A stretch of 64,000 bases of DNA from Armatimonadota bacterium (GTDB lineage Bacteria; Armatimonadota; Zipacnadia; Zipacnadales; VGFC01): NCBI GenBank assembly GCA_016869045.1, contig VGFC01000004.1, forward strand, positions 40 to 64,039, read 5' to 3'. How positions within the stretch are numbered: position 1 is the first letter of the stretch; each line of letters begins with the position of its first letter. The position numbers and the translations under genes are program-made. A model generated the notes under the pieces. That model was not told the DNA's origin, ran no database searches, and saw only the letters and a program-made list of their open reading frames with translations. Below are positions 18,300-27,419 of the stretch, piece by piece.

Positions 18300-19029
18300 C
18301 GTAGAGGTCCCCAAACGGCCGATGGGACTTCGGTCGCAGAACGGTGAAGGGCTCCGACAGAATCTCCCCCAGCGTGAAGCCGAACGCCTCCGCAAACGCT
18401 TCCAGGTCCTTCTCGATCGCCTTCATCTCCCCGGCATCCGCCTCGGCGACCGCGATGTGCTCGGTCGAGACGTGGTACGGATCGTACGCACCGCGCAGGT
18501 AGATCTGCCCGCCGTGGATGCCGGTCCCGCAGTAGTCGCCCACCAATGGCTTCCCGTCGCGCTCCATGCCCAGCAGCACCAGCGTCCCGCCCGCGAGGTA
18601 CTCGCCAAAGAAGTCGCCCGCCGTGCCCCCTGCCACGATGACCGGCGACTGGGTCTTGTACGCCTTCATGTGGATGCCCACGCGGTACCCCACATGGCCC
18701 TTCACATGGACGCTCCCACCCCTCATGCCGTAGCCCACGACATCCCCCGCATCCCCATGCACGAACAGCCGCCCCGCATTCATCGTGTTCGCGCAGCCAT
18801 CCTGCGCGTTGTTCATGACATGCACCGTCGGCCCATCCATGAAGGCCGCCAGGTCGTTGCCCGGCACGCCGTTTACCTCGACCGTCACATCGTCGCCGCG
18901 CAGTCCGCCGCCGATGTAGCGCTGACCGTTGACGTTACGCAGCACGATCCGCGTCTCGCCCCGGCCGACCGCCTCGCGAATCTGCTCGTTAAGCTGCTTG
19001 TAGTACACGCCTCGTGCGTCGATCTCCAT
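18286..19029 (-). CDS. glutamate synthase alpha-subunit C-terminal (GXGXG) domain protein (split/archaeal-type GltS)
   Basis: Repeated GxGxG-like glycine beta-helix motifs (VEVNGVPGNDLAAFMDGPTVHV…VHGDAGDVVGYGMRGGSVHVKGHVGYRVG). Confidence 0.7.
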   Translation of the reverse strand: MEIDARGVYYKQLNEQIREAVGRGETRIVLRNVNGQRYIGGGLRGDDVTVEVNGVPGNDLAAFMDGPTVHVMNNAQDGCANTMNAGRLFVHGDAGDVVGYGMRGGSVHVKGHVGYRVGIHMKAYKTQSPVIVAGGTAGDFFGEYLAGGTLVLLGMERDGKPLVGDYCGTGIHGGQIYLRGAYDPYHVSTEHIAVAEADAGEMKAIEKDLEAFAEAFGFTLGEILSEPFTVLRPKSHRPFGDLYVNRP

Positions 19030-19036
19030 CCGAACC

Positions 19037-19145
19037 TCACGTCTCAGGTCGCGTGTCTCGTGTCTCGCGTTTCAGGTCGCTGCCGCGCCTTGCTGGCGCC
19101 CCCTGCCGTGCAACCCGAAACCCGAAACTCGAAACCCCAAAACCA
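19037..19145. repeat. family C intercistronic module (gtctcaggtcgcgtgtctcgtgtctcgcgtttcaggtcgc … aacccgaaacccgaaactcgaaacccc)
   Basis: Direct and inverted short repeats between the GltS FMN-domain gene and the GXGXG-domain gene on the minus strand. Confidence 0.5.
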
Positions 19146-19148
19146 GCC

Positions 19149-20666
19149 TTACTCCCCCGCGTGCTTCACTCCCAGCACGTCGAGGCTCTCCTTCGTCAGG
19201 TTGACGCCGCGCAGGCGATCGCGCGAGCCGCGCAGCGATTCTACCGCATTCACGCCCAGCGCGCCGAGTATCTCCTTGAGTTCCTCGGTCCAGCCCTCCA
19301 GTAGGTTGGCGGCCATCTCGGCGCGCACGGACGGGTCCAGGCGCCGGGTCAACTCCGGCCGCTGGCTGGTGATCCCCCACGAGCAGTTGCCCGTGTGGCA
19401 CTGCTGGCAGACGTGGCAGCCCAGCGTGATGAGCGCCGCGGTGCCGATGGCAACCGCATCCGCGCCCAGGGCGATGGCCTTCGCCACGTCGGCCGACGAG
19501 CGGATGCTCCCCGCGCAGATGATCGAGGCCTCGTGGCGGATGCCGTCCTTTCGGAGGCGCTCATCCACCGCCGCCAACGCGATCTCGACGGGGATGCCCA
19601 CGTTGTCGCGGATGACCGTCGGCGCAGCGCCCGTGCCGCCGCGAAAGCCGTCCAGGTAGACGTAATCGGCGCCCGCCCGGACGATCCCCGAGGCGATGGC
19701 CCCGACGTTATGCACCGCCGCGATCTTCACGCCGACGGGCTTCTCGTACTCCGTGGCTTCCTTCAGGGCGTAGATGAGCTGCCGTAGGTCCTCGATCGAG
19801 TAGATGTCGTGGTGCGGCGCGGGAGAGAGGGCGTCCGAGCCGATGGGAATCATGCGGGTGCCCGCGATGTCCGAGGACACCTTGCGTCCGGGTAGGTGCC
19901 CGCCGATCCCGGGCTTCGCGCCCTGCCCGATCTTGATCTCGACCGCCGCCGAGTTCCTCAGATACCCCTCATGCACGCCGAACCGACCCGACGCGCACTG
20001 GACGATGGCGCAGTCCGCGTAGTCCTGCAGGTCCTCGTGCAGGCCGCCCTCGCCCGTGTTCCATAGCGTGCCGATCTTCTTCGCGGCCATCGCCAGTGAC
20101 TTCTGCGCGCTCAGGCTGATCGAGCCCAGCGACATCCCGGCAAAGATGATCGGCGTGCTGATCCGCAGTTGCGGCGCGATCTTCGTCTTGAGCTTCGGCT
20201 TGCCGTCGGGGCCTGTCTCCACCTCGATGCGCTCGGGCTTGCGCCCGAGGTACGTGCGCAGCTCCATCGGCTCGCGCAGCGGGTCGATCGAGGGATTCGT
20301 CACCTGGCAGGCATCGAGCAGCAGGTTGTCCCACAGCACGGTCCACGGGCGGTCGTTGCCCATCGCGCTGAGCAGCACGCCGCCGCTCTCCGCCTGCCGC
20401 ACGATCCGCTTCTGCATCGCCGGGCTCCACACATCGTGGCCGGCCTGCGCGTAAGGCCGCTCGTGGATTTGGATGCACTGCTGGGGGCAGTGATCCGTGC
20501 AGAAGTGACACGCCACGCATGGGTTCTCGCCCGGCATGACCCGGTCGGTGAACTCCAGCGCGTTGAAGCCGCAGCCCATCACACACCGCTTGCACTTGAT
20601 GCAGCGGTCGTGGTGGACGACCTGCACGAACTCACCGGGTACGGTCGACTTCGTTGCCAGCCTCAT
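19149..20666 (-). CDS. glutamate synthase FMN-binding domain protein with N-terminal 2x[4Fe-4S] ferredoxin domain (archaeal-type GltB core)
   Basis: CIKCKRCVMGC and CVACHFCTDHCP clusters, then the GltS FMN domain (…GEGGLHEDL…KIGQGAKPGIGGHLPG…DGFRGGTGAAP…). Confidence 0.8.
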   Translation of the reverse strand: MRLATKSTVPGEFVQVVHHDRCIKCKRCVMGCGFNALEFTDRVMPGENPCVACHFCTDHCPQQCIQIHERPYAQAGHDVWSPAMQKRIVRQAESGGVLLSAMGNDRPWTVLWDNLLLDACQVTNPSIDPLREPMELRTYLGRKPERIEVETGPDGKPKLKTKIAPQLRISTPIIFAGMSLGSISLSAQKSLAMAAKKIGTLWNTGEGGLHEDLQDYADCAIVQCASGRFGVHEGYLRNSAAVEIKIGQGAKPGIGGHLPGRKVSSDIAGTRMIPIGSDALSPAPHHDIYSIEDLRQLIYALKEATEYEKPVGVKIAAVHNVGAIASGIVRAGADYVYLDGFRGGTGAAPTVIRDNVGIPVEIALAAVDERLRKDGIRHEASIICAGSIRSSADVAKAIALGADAVAIGTAALITLGCHVCQQCHTGNCSWGITSQRPELTRRLDPSVRAEMAANLLEGWTEELKEILGALGVNAVESLRGSRDRLRGVNLTKESLDVLGVKHAGE

Positions 20667-20686
20667 CTTGGCGCCTCAACCGTAGC

Positions 20687-20746
20687 GTCGTAGGTCGGGA
20701 TTCCAATCCCGACACTGCCTTTCTCAACACAATCCGTGCTGCGCCC
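20687..20746. repeat. family B partial copy (right half: cgtcgtaggtcgggattccaatcccgacactgcctttctcaacacaatccgtgctgcgccc)
   Basis: Shares the internal hairpin GTCGGGATtCCAATCCCGAC and the right terminal repeat TCAACACAATC with the full copies at 30672 and 59041. Confidence 0.6.
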
Positions 20747-20755
20747 AAACGCGCC

Positions 20756-21853
20756 TCAGCTCGTCACACTCTCATCGAGCCATCCGATGACCGGATGCCC
20801 CGCCTGCGGCGTCCAGACCCGGTCCGGCGACTCGCACATGATATGGATCGCCGCTTCCTCGCTGGAGATGAAGAGCATGTCGTCCTTCTCCGCCGCCACC
20901 ATCGGACGGAGCTTGATCCGGTCGTTGAACCCCACCAGGCCGCGCGAATGCCCGAACAGGATCGCGAACGGCCCGTTGACGGTCGCGGGCGCGTAGGTGA
21001 TCCGCAGGGCTTCGAGCAGTTCGGCCTCCTCCGGGTCCATGTCCGGGCGGTCAATCGTCTTCCAGAACGGCGGGGCGAGCACCTCGCACGCCATCTCGAT
21101 CGACAGCCCATGGCGGCGGATCAGCAAGTCCAGCAGGTACACCATCACCTCGGTGTCGGTCTGCAACGTGCACTTGTAGTCGAACTGCTCGAGGTACCTC
21201 CGGTTGATTCCGTACGACGAGATCTCGCCGTTGTGGACGACCGAGTAGTCCAGCAGGCAGAACGGATGCGCGCCGCCCCACCACGCCTGCGTGTTGGTCG
21301 GGAAGCGACCGTGGGCGGTCCAGATGTAGCCCTCGTACTCCTCCAGTCGGTAGAACCGCCCGATGTCCTCCGCGAAGCCCACCGCCTTGAAGGCGCCCAT
21401 GTTCTTCCCCGAGGAGAAGATGTACGCGCCCTCGATCTCGTCGTTCACCCGCATGACCGTCTTCATCACCGTGTCGGCTTCGCCTTCGGTCTCGCTGCGG
21501 GTGCTGCGAGGCGTCGCGAAGTACCGCCACAGGTTCGGCGCGTCGCCGATCCCCTCCGTCGGGCGCGTGGGGATGAACTCCGAGTGGGCGATGCTGAAGT
21601 GCCCCCGCAGCAGGTCCTCGGTGAGGTCCTGGGCCTGATCGCTGTAGTACATCGTGTGCAGGGCGTAATGATCGGCGTAGTCGGGGTAGATGCCGTATCC
21701 GGCGAAACCGCCGCCCAGGCCGTTGCCGCGATCGTGCAAGTTGGCGATGGCCCGGATCGGCACCTCGCCCGAGACCTTGCGGCCCCGGCGGCTGATCAGC
21801 CCGGCCAGGCCGCACCCCGAGATCTCCTTGGACCAGTCCCAGCGATGCCTCAT
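20756..21853 (-). CDS. class-II glutamine amidotransferase domain protein (GltS N-terminal domain, stand-alone)
   Basis: N-terminal nucleophile Cys in …ISGCGLAGLISRRG…, then Ntn-hydrolase GATase-II motifs (…YIWTAHGRFPTNTQAWWGGAHPF…HNGEISSYG…). Confidence 0.8.
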   Translation of the reverse strand: MRHRWDWSKEISGCGLAGLISRRGRKVSGEVPIRAIANLHDRGNGLGGGFAGYGIYPDYADHYALHTMYYSDQAQDLTEDLLRGHFSIAHSEFIPTRPTEGIGDAPNLWRYFATPRSTRSETEGEADTVMKTVMRVNDEIEGAYIFSSGKNMGAFKAVGFAEDIGRFYRLEEYEGYIWTAHGRFPTNTQAWWGGAHPFCLLDYSVVHNGEISSYGINRRYLEQFDYKCTLQTDTEVMVYLLDLLIRRHGLSIEMACEVLAPPFWKTIDRPDMDPEEAELLEALRITYAPATVNGPFAILFGHSRGLVGFNDRIKLRPMVAAEKDDMLFISSEEAAIHIMCESPDRVWTPQAGHPVIGWLDESVTS

Positions 21854-21866
21854 GCGGAATGCTCCG

Positions 21867-21985
21867 AACGACGGTTACAGGTCTCGGGTTTCGGGTCTCG
21901 GGTTACGGACACAGCCACTCCAACTGCCGCTCCGCCGGCGCCAAGTCCCGGCGGCAACCCGAAACTCGAAACCCGAAACGGCCTC
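21867..21985. repeat. family C intercistronic module: GTCTCGGGTTTCGGGTCTCGGGTT …51 nt… AACCCGAAACTCGAAACCCGAAAC (long imperfect inverted repeat)
   Basis: Read directly. On the minus-strand mRNA it lies just 5' of the GATase start codon. Confidence 0.55.
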
Positions 21986-23303
21986 ACTTGCCCTCGGCGA
22001 GCACTGCCTGCAGCTCCTCGACGCCGCTGTCCGACACCTCCGGCAGCCCGAGCTTCTGGCGCTGGGCCTTCGAGGGCTTCGTGAGCTTGCCGGTCTTCTT
22101 GAAGGCCTCCAGCCCGGACAGGATGGCCTTGGGTGCCAGCCCGCGCTCGATGGCCAGCCGCTTCAGGGCGCGCATCGGCTCGATCATCCCGAACCGCTGG
22201 AAGCAGCGTTCGTGGCACTCGTAGCACTCCAGGCACCGCCAGATGTGCTCGTGCCCCAGCACCTCCTCGACGCGCCCCTCGACGATGGCCTGCATCAGAT
22301 CGAACGCGCTGTACGCCTCGTCCGTGCGATGGGCGGCGCAGACATCGCTGCAGGCCTGGCACTCCAGGCACTTCCGGAGCGCGACCATGTCCACGCCCTC
22401 CAACACGCCCGTCACGCGCTCCGCCCGCGCAACCCACCCCCGGGCCGCCTCCTCCATCGGCACGCGGTGCATGCCCAGGGCCAGCTCCTCCACAGGGATG
22501 CCCATCGACAGCGCGATCAGCTCCATCAGGTAGGCTACCGGCGTCTCGAACTCCTCGCCCTCGCGCCGAAAGCCGTATTGCTGGATGTCGTACTGCATGA
22601 AGCACGCCGGGCAGCTCACGCACAGGCAGTCCACACCCACCTCCCGCAGCTCCGCCAGCTTGTCGCGGGTGAGCTTCGCCCCCTCCTCCACCAGCCCCGC
22701 CGTGTTCTGCGTGCCGCCGCAGCACATCAGCTTCGTCTCGTAGTCCACCGACTTCGCGCCGATGGCCTCGACGATCGCGTCGAACTTCCGCGGGTTCAGC
22801 GGGTCGTCGGCGTTCACGTCCACGCTTGGCCGCGACTGGTGGCAGCCCGCGTGGACCGCCACGCGCAGCCCGGCCAGCGGCAGCGTCACGTGCTTCCCAA
22901 GGTACTCGAGCCCGATCTCGTCGTGCAGGAGATCCAGCAGGTGGAAGACCCTCACCGCGCCGCGGTACGTCCGCCCGACGCGTGCCAGCCGCCGGTTCAC
23001 TTCCTCCCGCAGGTCGCGGTGCAGCCCCAGCTCCCGCGCGGCCCCCGCCAGCGACCCCACGCAGCCGTTGCACGGGCTGAATAGGTCCACACCCGCCTCC
23101 TCCGCGATCGCTAGGTTGCGGGCGGCGGTGACCAGCCAGTTCAGCTCCGACTCGTTCTTCACTACCGACTTCTCGGGGCAGCACGTGAGGCCGTCCAGGT
23201 CTACGAACTCGAACCCGAGGCGATCAAGCACGAGCCGCGTGCTCTTCTCCATGAAGGGGAAGCGCCCGGCGATGAAGCAGCCCCAGAACGCTCCGAGACC
23301 CAT
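21984..23303 (-). CDS. heterodisulfide-reductase-like Fe-S protein: HdrB-type CCG domains fused to an HdrC-type 2x[4Fe-4S] module
   Basis: Two CCG-type cysteine-rich domains (…LTCCPEKS…, …KLMCCGGTQNT…CVSCPACFMQYD…), then CxxCxxC…CP ferredoxin motifs (CLECQACSDVC, CLECYECHERC). Start placed at ATG 23303 (MGLGAFWG…); an alternative ATG at 23252 (MEKST…). Confidence 0.55.
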   Translation of the reverse strand: MGLGAFWGCFIAGRFPFMEKSTRLVLDRLGFEFVDLDGLTCCPEKSVVKNESELNWLVTAARNLAIAEEAGVDLFSPCNGCVGSLAGAARELGLHRDLREEVNRRLARVGRTYRGAVRVFHLLDLLHDEIGLEYLGKHVTLPLAGLRVAVHAGCHQSRPSVDVNADDPLNPRKFDAIVEAIGAKSVDYETKLMCCGGTQNTAGLVEEGAKLTRDKLAELREVGVDCLCVSCPACFMQYDIQQYGFRREGEEFETPVAYLMELIALSMGIPVEELALGMHRVPMEEAARGWVARAERVTGVLEGVDMVALRKCLECQACSDVCAAHRTDEAYSAFDLMQAIVEGRVEEVLGHEHIWRCLECYECHERCFQRFGMIEPMRALKRLAIERGLAPKAILSGLEAFKKTGKLTKPSKAQRQKLGLPEVSDSGVEELQAVLAEGK

Positions 23304-23728
23304 CGGTCCCAGCCTTTCCTCGCCTACAGGCCGTCCGGCCGGGTACGGGATGTTCGTGGCCGGAGGGGCAGAGTAACGGATTCCGTTCTCGCGCGTCAAG
23401 TGGCGCGCGGTGTTTCTCGGCTCGTATAGCGCGTCTCGGACCCCGAATCCGGCCAACACAGGCCCACCGCGCCCTGTTCCGGCCGCTTCGCCCAGCGGGC
23501 GCTCGCCCTGCCGGGGGCTTTCCGGTTGGCTTCCGGTCGAGGCGCCCGGAGTGTCGCGGTTGGGTACGTCGCCCCGCCTTCGGGGACCAGGAGAGAGGGC
23601 CGCCGGGCGGTACAGGCGGCAACGGGGCGGCAAATCCTGGGGGGCGGGGGCCAAGGAAGAGCCGGCGCCTCATCAGGGAGCCGAGGCGCCGGCTGTTTGC
23701 TGCTCGCGAAGGGAGAGGCCCGAACGGC

Positions 23729-24823
23729 CTAGCTGTTATCGGGCTTGGGCGGGTCGGTCGGGTCGCCGGGGTCGCCCGGGTCGGTCCACTTCGTCAGGTC
23801 GAAGTCCACCGTGGTGGTCTGGTTCTTCTCGATGGTCACGTCCTGCCCTTGCCAGTCCCATCCGTCGGCCCAGCACTCGATGAAGTGGGTCCCGATGGGC
23901 ACGTTCAGCGAGTAGTGGCCTAGCGCGTCGGTGAGCGTGTTGAAGACCTGGATCTCAATCCACGGAGGAGGACAGGCGCCGTCCGCGCACGGCATTCCTC
24001 CGCCGCCACCGGGGCGCGTCTGCAGCCACTTCTCGACGCCGAGCATCGGCACCGGGACCGGCCACGGGCTGCCCGTGGTGAGCGTGATGTGCGCCCCCTC
24101 GATGGGAGCACCCTCACCGGTCACCAGCCCCTCCACCGTCCCCACGCCCTGCTCGGGCGCCGGGTAGACGCGGAAGTCAGCGACGGCCGTTGAGCCCGCA
24201 TCCACCCACACGTACTGGATCTGCGGATCGTAGCCGGGCACGACCACGGTCACGTCATAGGAGCCCGAGGGCACGGCCTCCATCAGGTACGAACCGTTCG
24301 CGTTCGTGAAGGCGCTGATGACGATCTGGTCCGGGTCGCCGGTTCGGCCCACGCCAATCGGCTCGTTATCCCCGGGCTGCGGCTCCACCCAGTTGATGGC
24401 GGAGGTCGCGATCACCTCGACCCCCTTGACCGCCTCGATGGTCCCGTCCTGGAGCACCTTGGTGACGATGCCCGCGATCTGTCCGCCCAGCGTGGGCGCT
24501 ACATCACCGATCGCCGTGCTCTGGCCTCGGCGCACCACGACGGCCCTATAGGCGCCCTGCATCCCGCCCGGGCCGACGAACCCGATCGTGTGGTTCCCTG
24601 GGGGAACGTTCGGCACGGTGAAGTCGCCGCTCGCGTTGGGGCGAGCCGTAACCGGCTGTCCATCGACGGTGATCGTGTACTGCGGTGCATTGTTGGCGCC
24701 GGCCAGCCGACCGGTGATCTGCCCCGCGTTGTTCGGTGGCGGGTTCGGTCCGCCTCCGCCGCCGCACCCGATCACAAGACACACCAGCAAGACGCCGACG
24801 CAAATCAGTGCAACCCTTCCCAT
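23729..24823 (-). CDS. secreted lipoprotein with carboxypeptidase-regulatory-like (CarboxypepD_reg) beta-sandwich repeats
   Basis: Signal plus lipobox (LVIGCGG); repeated NASGDF/NANGSY beta-sandwich motifs; Gly/Pro-rich. Confidence 0.45.
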   Translation of the reverse strand: MGRVALICVGVLLVCLVIGCGGGGGPNPPPNNAGQITGRLAGANNAPQYTITVDGQPVTARPNASGDFTVPNVPPGNHTIGFVGPGGMQGAYRAVVVRRGQSTAIGDVAPTLGGQIAGIVTKVLQDGTIEAVKGVEVIATSAINWVEPQPGDNEPIGVGRTGDPDQIVISAFTNANGSYLMEAVPSGSYDVTVVVPGYDPQIQYVWVDAGSTAVADFRVYPAPEQGVGTVEGLVTGEGAPIEGAHITLTTGSPWPVPVPMLGVEKWLQTRPGGGGGMPCADGACPPPWIEIQVFNTLTDALGHYSLNVPIGTHFIECWADGWDWQGQDVTIEKNQTTTVDFDLTKWTDPGDPGDPTDPPKPDNS

Positions 24824-24913
24824 GTGAGTCCCTCACTTCCCCTGCGGATTGGTGAGATGGGAGACCTCTCTGCGCTTTGGACGCATCGCCGAGCGCTCCT
24901 GTTCCATCACGCG

Positions 24914-25591
24914 TCAGCCGTTTTCACGCGCCAGTGCCAGAGCCTCCACCCGCGCAAAGGGGATATCGGCCAGGCTCTTGACCACTATGTTCGCCGCCGC
25001 CAGCTCTTCACCTGCTACGGTGCTCGTGACCGCGATGCACGGACAGCCCGCGGCCCGCGCCGCCTGGACCCCTACCGGCGCGTCCTCGAAGACCACGCAC
25101 CTCGCCGGCGCGAGGCCCAGCCGCTCGGCCGCGAGGGCGTAGATCTGTGGGTCTGGCTTCTTCCGGGTCACATCGTCACCCGTGATGACGACGTCGAACC
25201 ACTCCAGCTTGAGGCCCGTGCCCTCGATCACCGGGAACTGCTTCGCCTTCTGGCCCGACGTCGCGATGGCCAGCCCAACCTCCGGGCCCTCCCGGGCTGC
25301 CTTGACCAACGCCGGCACCCCGGGTGCTGCGGGAAGCGGCTCGGACTCCAGCAGCGCGAAGAAGCACTCCGCCCGCCGCAAGACCGCCGCCTGCGTATCG
25401 ATCGTGACACCGTACTTCTCGGCGACACCCTCCACGTACCGCTCATCGCCGGTGCCCACGAACGGGCGGAAGTCCTCCGGCTGCACCGCCACGCCGTAGA
25501 GCTGCCGGAACATCTCGACGCTCGCCTTCGCGTTCAGCGCCTCCGTGTCGGCGATCACGCCGTCTACGTCGAAGACCAGGGCCCACTGCAC
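24914..25591 (-). CDS. HAD-IA family hydrolase (beta-phosphoglucomutase-like phosphatase)
   Basis: Motif I FDVDGVIADTE, motif II TSG, motif III K…, motif IV FEDAPVGVQAARAAG. Confidence 0.7.
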   Translation of the reverse strand: MQWALVFDVDGVIADTEALNAKASVEMFRQLYGVAVQPEDFRPFVGTGDERYVEGVAEKYGVTIDTQAAVLRRAECFFALLESEPLPAAPGVPALVKAAREGPEVGLAIATSGQKAKQFPVIEGTGLKLEWFDVVITGDDVTRKKPDPQIYALAAERLGLAPARCVVFEDAPVGVQAARAAGCPCIAVTSTVAGEELAAANIVVKSLADIPFARVEALALARENG

Positions 25592-25803
25592 GGGAGATGC
25601 ACCGCCTCAGGTTCGGAGGATGGCCCTCCACTTCGCCGCCCGGCCCGCAGTTCCTGCCCCCGGCCCGCCGCCGGGCGGGAACATGGGGGTATGCCTGTTG
25701 CGTTGGAGGCGGTAGACGAAGAGGGTGCTGGTGAAGGCGCGAGCCGGCCGTTCCCAGTCGGCTTTCGCTCGTCTGATTCTGTGTTCGCAGGGAAGGAATC
25801 GCG

Positions 25804-27297
25804 ATGCGCGGGTGGCCGGTCGTGTTGGTCGCGGCAGTCCTGATACTCACGTTGCCCTTGGTCCTGGCGGGATGCAAGGGGCAGACCGAGAAGCCGTCAA
25901 CCGAGACGGCCTCCTCCGAGACGGACGAGCACGAAGGCCATGACCACGAGGCCGAAGCCGCGAAGTCCCCTGGTGAGGAGGGCAAGGAGGAGGCGAAGAA
26001 GCCTTCGGCGGCTGCCAGCGCCGTCCTGAAGGACCTCACCTCCGACGACGACTCCCTCCGAATCTCGGGGCTTCAGCGGGTCGCCAAGCTGGCCGCCGGC
26101 GAGGAGCGCGACCAGGTCCGAGACCAGGTCCGCGAGCTCGCCGTCGGCCGGGACATGAGCGCCGAGGTGCGACAGGCGGCGATCGAGGCCTGGTCACCGT
26201 GGGCCACGGAGGACCCCCAGCCTCTGTTCCTGGCCGCCGACTCCCCCCATGCGCCCGTGCGGATGGCGGTCGCCGTCGCGCTGCGGAAGGTAGGCCGCCC
26301 GGACGTGCTGGAGGTCATCGAGAAGCTCAAGGCGGACCCGGACAGCACGGTGAAGGCCGCCGCCGCCGAGACGTACGCGGGCTTCATGCGACAAGCCGAC
26401 ACCGATCAGTCGATCGGCCTGCTGATCGCCGACCTGGGTCACCCGGACGGCGACCGCAGCGCACAGGCCGGAATGACCCTCGAGCAGCGCGGCCGCGAGG
26501 ACCGGCGCGTGATCCCGAAGTTGGTGCAGGCCCTCCGCACGAGTCCCGACCCCGCCAAGCGCCACAGCTGCGCCGTGGTCATCGCCCTCGCCTCGGCCGG
26601 CACGCATCCGGGTCAGAAGCGCTTCGCCTCAACCGTCAACGCCACGTTCCGGTCGGATGCCACCCCCGCTCCGGTCTACGTCGAGGGAGCCCCTGCCCTG
26701 ATCGAGGCCCTCGAGAAGGACCCGTCCCCCATGGTTCGCGAGGCGGCGGCGTTCGGTCTCGGAGTGCTCGGCGTCCCGCAGGGCGCGAAGCCGTTGGGCC
26801 GCGCGCTGAGCGACCCGGACCCCTACGTCCGGCGAAGGGCGGCGGCCGCACTCATCGTCGTGCCGCCGGACGAGGTGAAGGACCAACTTCTGCGCGCCGC
26901 CCGCCGCGACCCGTCGCCTGAGGTGCGCCGCTTCGCCGTCGAGGCCATGGCCGGCCTCAAGGGCGATGACGCCGCAATGACGGTGGCGACCTGCCTGCGG
27001 GACCCGAATCCCGACGTCCGTCTCTATGCGTGCGAGGTGCTGAAGAAGATCGGGACCCGCGCGCAGACCCAGGCGCTGCTCTGGATGTTCGAGGACCCGG
27101 ACGAGGATGTCCGCTGGAAGGCCGTTGCCGCGGTCGCCGAGTTCGCCGATCCCGCAGCGAAGAGCCAGCTCATTGCCGCCCTCAACGATCCGTCGCCGCG
27201 CGTCGCCCTCGCCGCCGAACGCGGGGTCCATCGTCTCGGCATCGGCGCCCGCGTCCTCACCAAGGAAGAGCGCGCCGGCCTGGGACCCAAGCAATGA
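25804..27297 (+). CDS. HEAT-repeat (PBS-lyase-like) lipoprotein
   Basis: Signal plus lipobox (LVLAGCKG), then about 10 HEAT-like repeats (…DPSPEVRRFAVEAMAGL…, …DPNPDVRLYACEVLKKIG…). Confidence 0.6.
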   Translation: MRGWPVVLVAAVLILTLPLVLAGCKGQTEKPSTETASSETDEHEGHDHEAEAAKSPGEEGKEEAKKPSAAASAVLKDLTSDDDSLRISGLQRVAKLAAGEERDQVRDQVRELAVGRDMSAEVRQAAIEAWSPWATEDPQPLFLAADSPHAPVRMAVAVALRKVGRPDVLEVIEKLKADPDSTVKAAAAETYAGFMRQADTDQSIGLLIADLGHPDGDRSAQAGMTLEQRGREDRRVIPKLVQALRTSPDPAKRHSCAVVIALASAGTHPGQKRFASTVNATFRSDATPAPVYVEGAPALIEALEKDPSPMVREAAAFGLGVLGVPQGAKPLGRALSDPDPYVRRRAAAALIVVPPDEVKDQLLRAARRDPSPEVRRFAVEAMAGLKGDDAAMTVATCLRDPNPDVRLYACEVLKKIGTRAQTQALLWMFEDPDEDVRWKAVAAVAEFADPAAKSQLIAALNDPSPRVALAAERGVHRLGIGARVLTKEERAGLGPKQ

Positions 27298-27318
27298 GCT
27301 TCGCACAAACACGGGAAT

Positions 27319-27378
27319 AGTGGGGCGGGCATTCTTGCCCGCCAAGGGGCCCCGGCGGGCAAGAATGCCCGCCCCACT
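27319..27378. terminator. perfect 25-bp inverted repeat (AGTGGGGCGGGCATTCTTGCCCGCC / GGCGGGCAAGAATGCCCGCCCCACT) with a 10-nt palindromic loop, downstream of the HEAT gene
   Basis: Arms are exact reverse complements. It lies 22 nt after the stop and is followed by GTTTCC. Candidate strong transcription terminator or protein-binding palindrome. Confidence 0.5.
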
Positions 27379-27419
27379 GTTTCCGTATCTCTGAGGGACC
27401 CAAGTAGGAGGGCCTTCCG

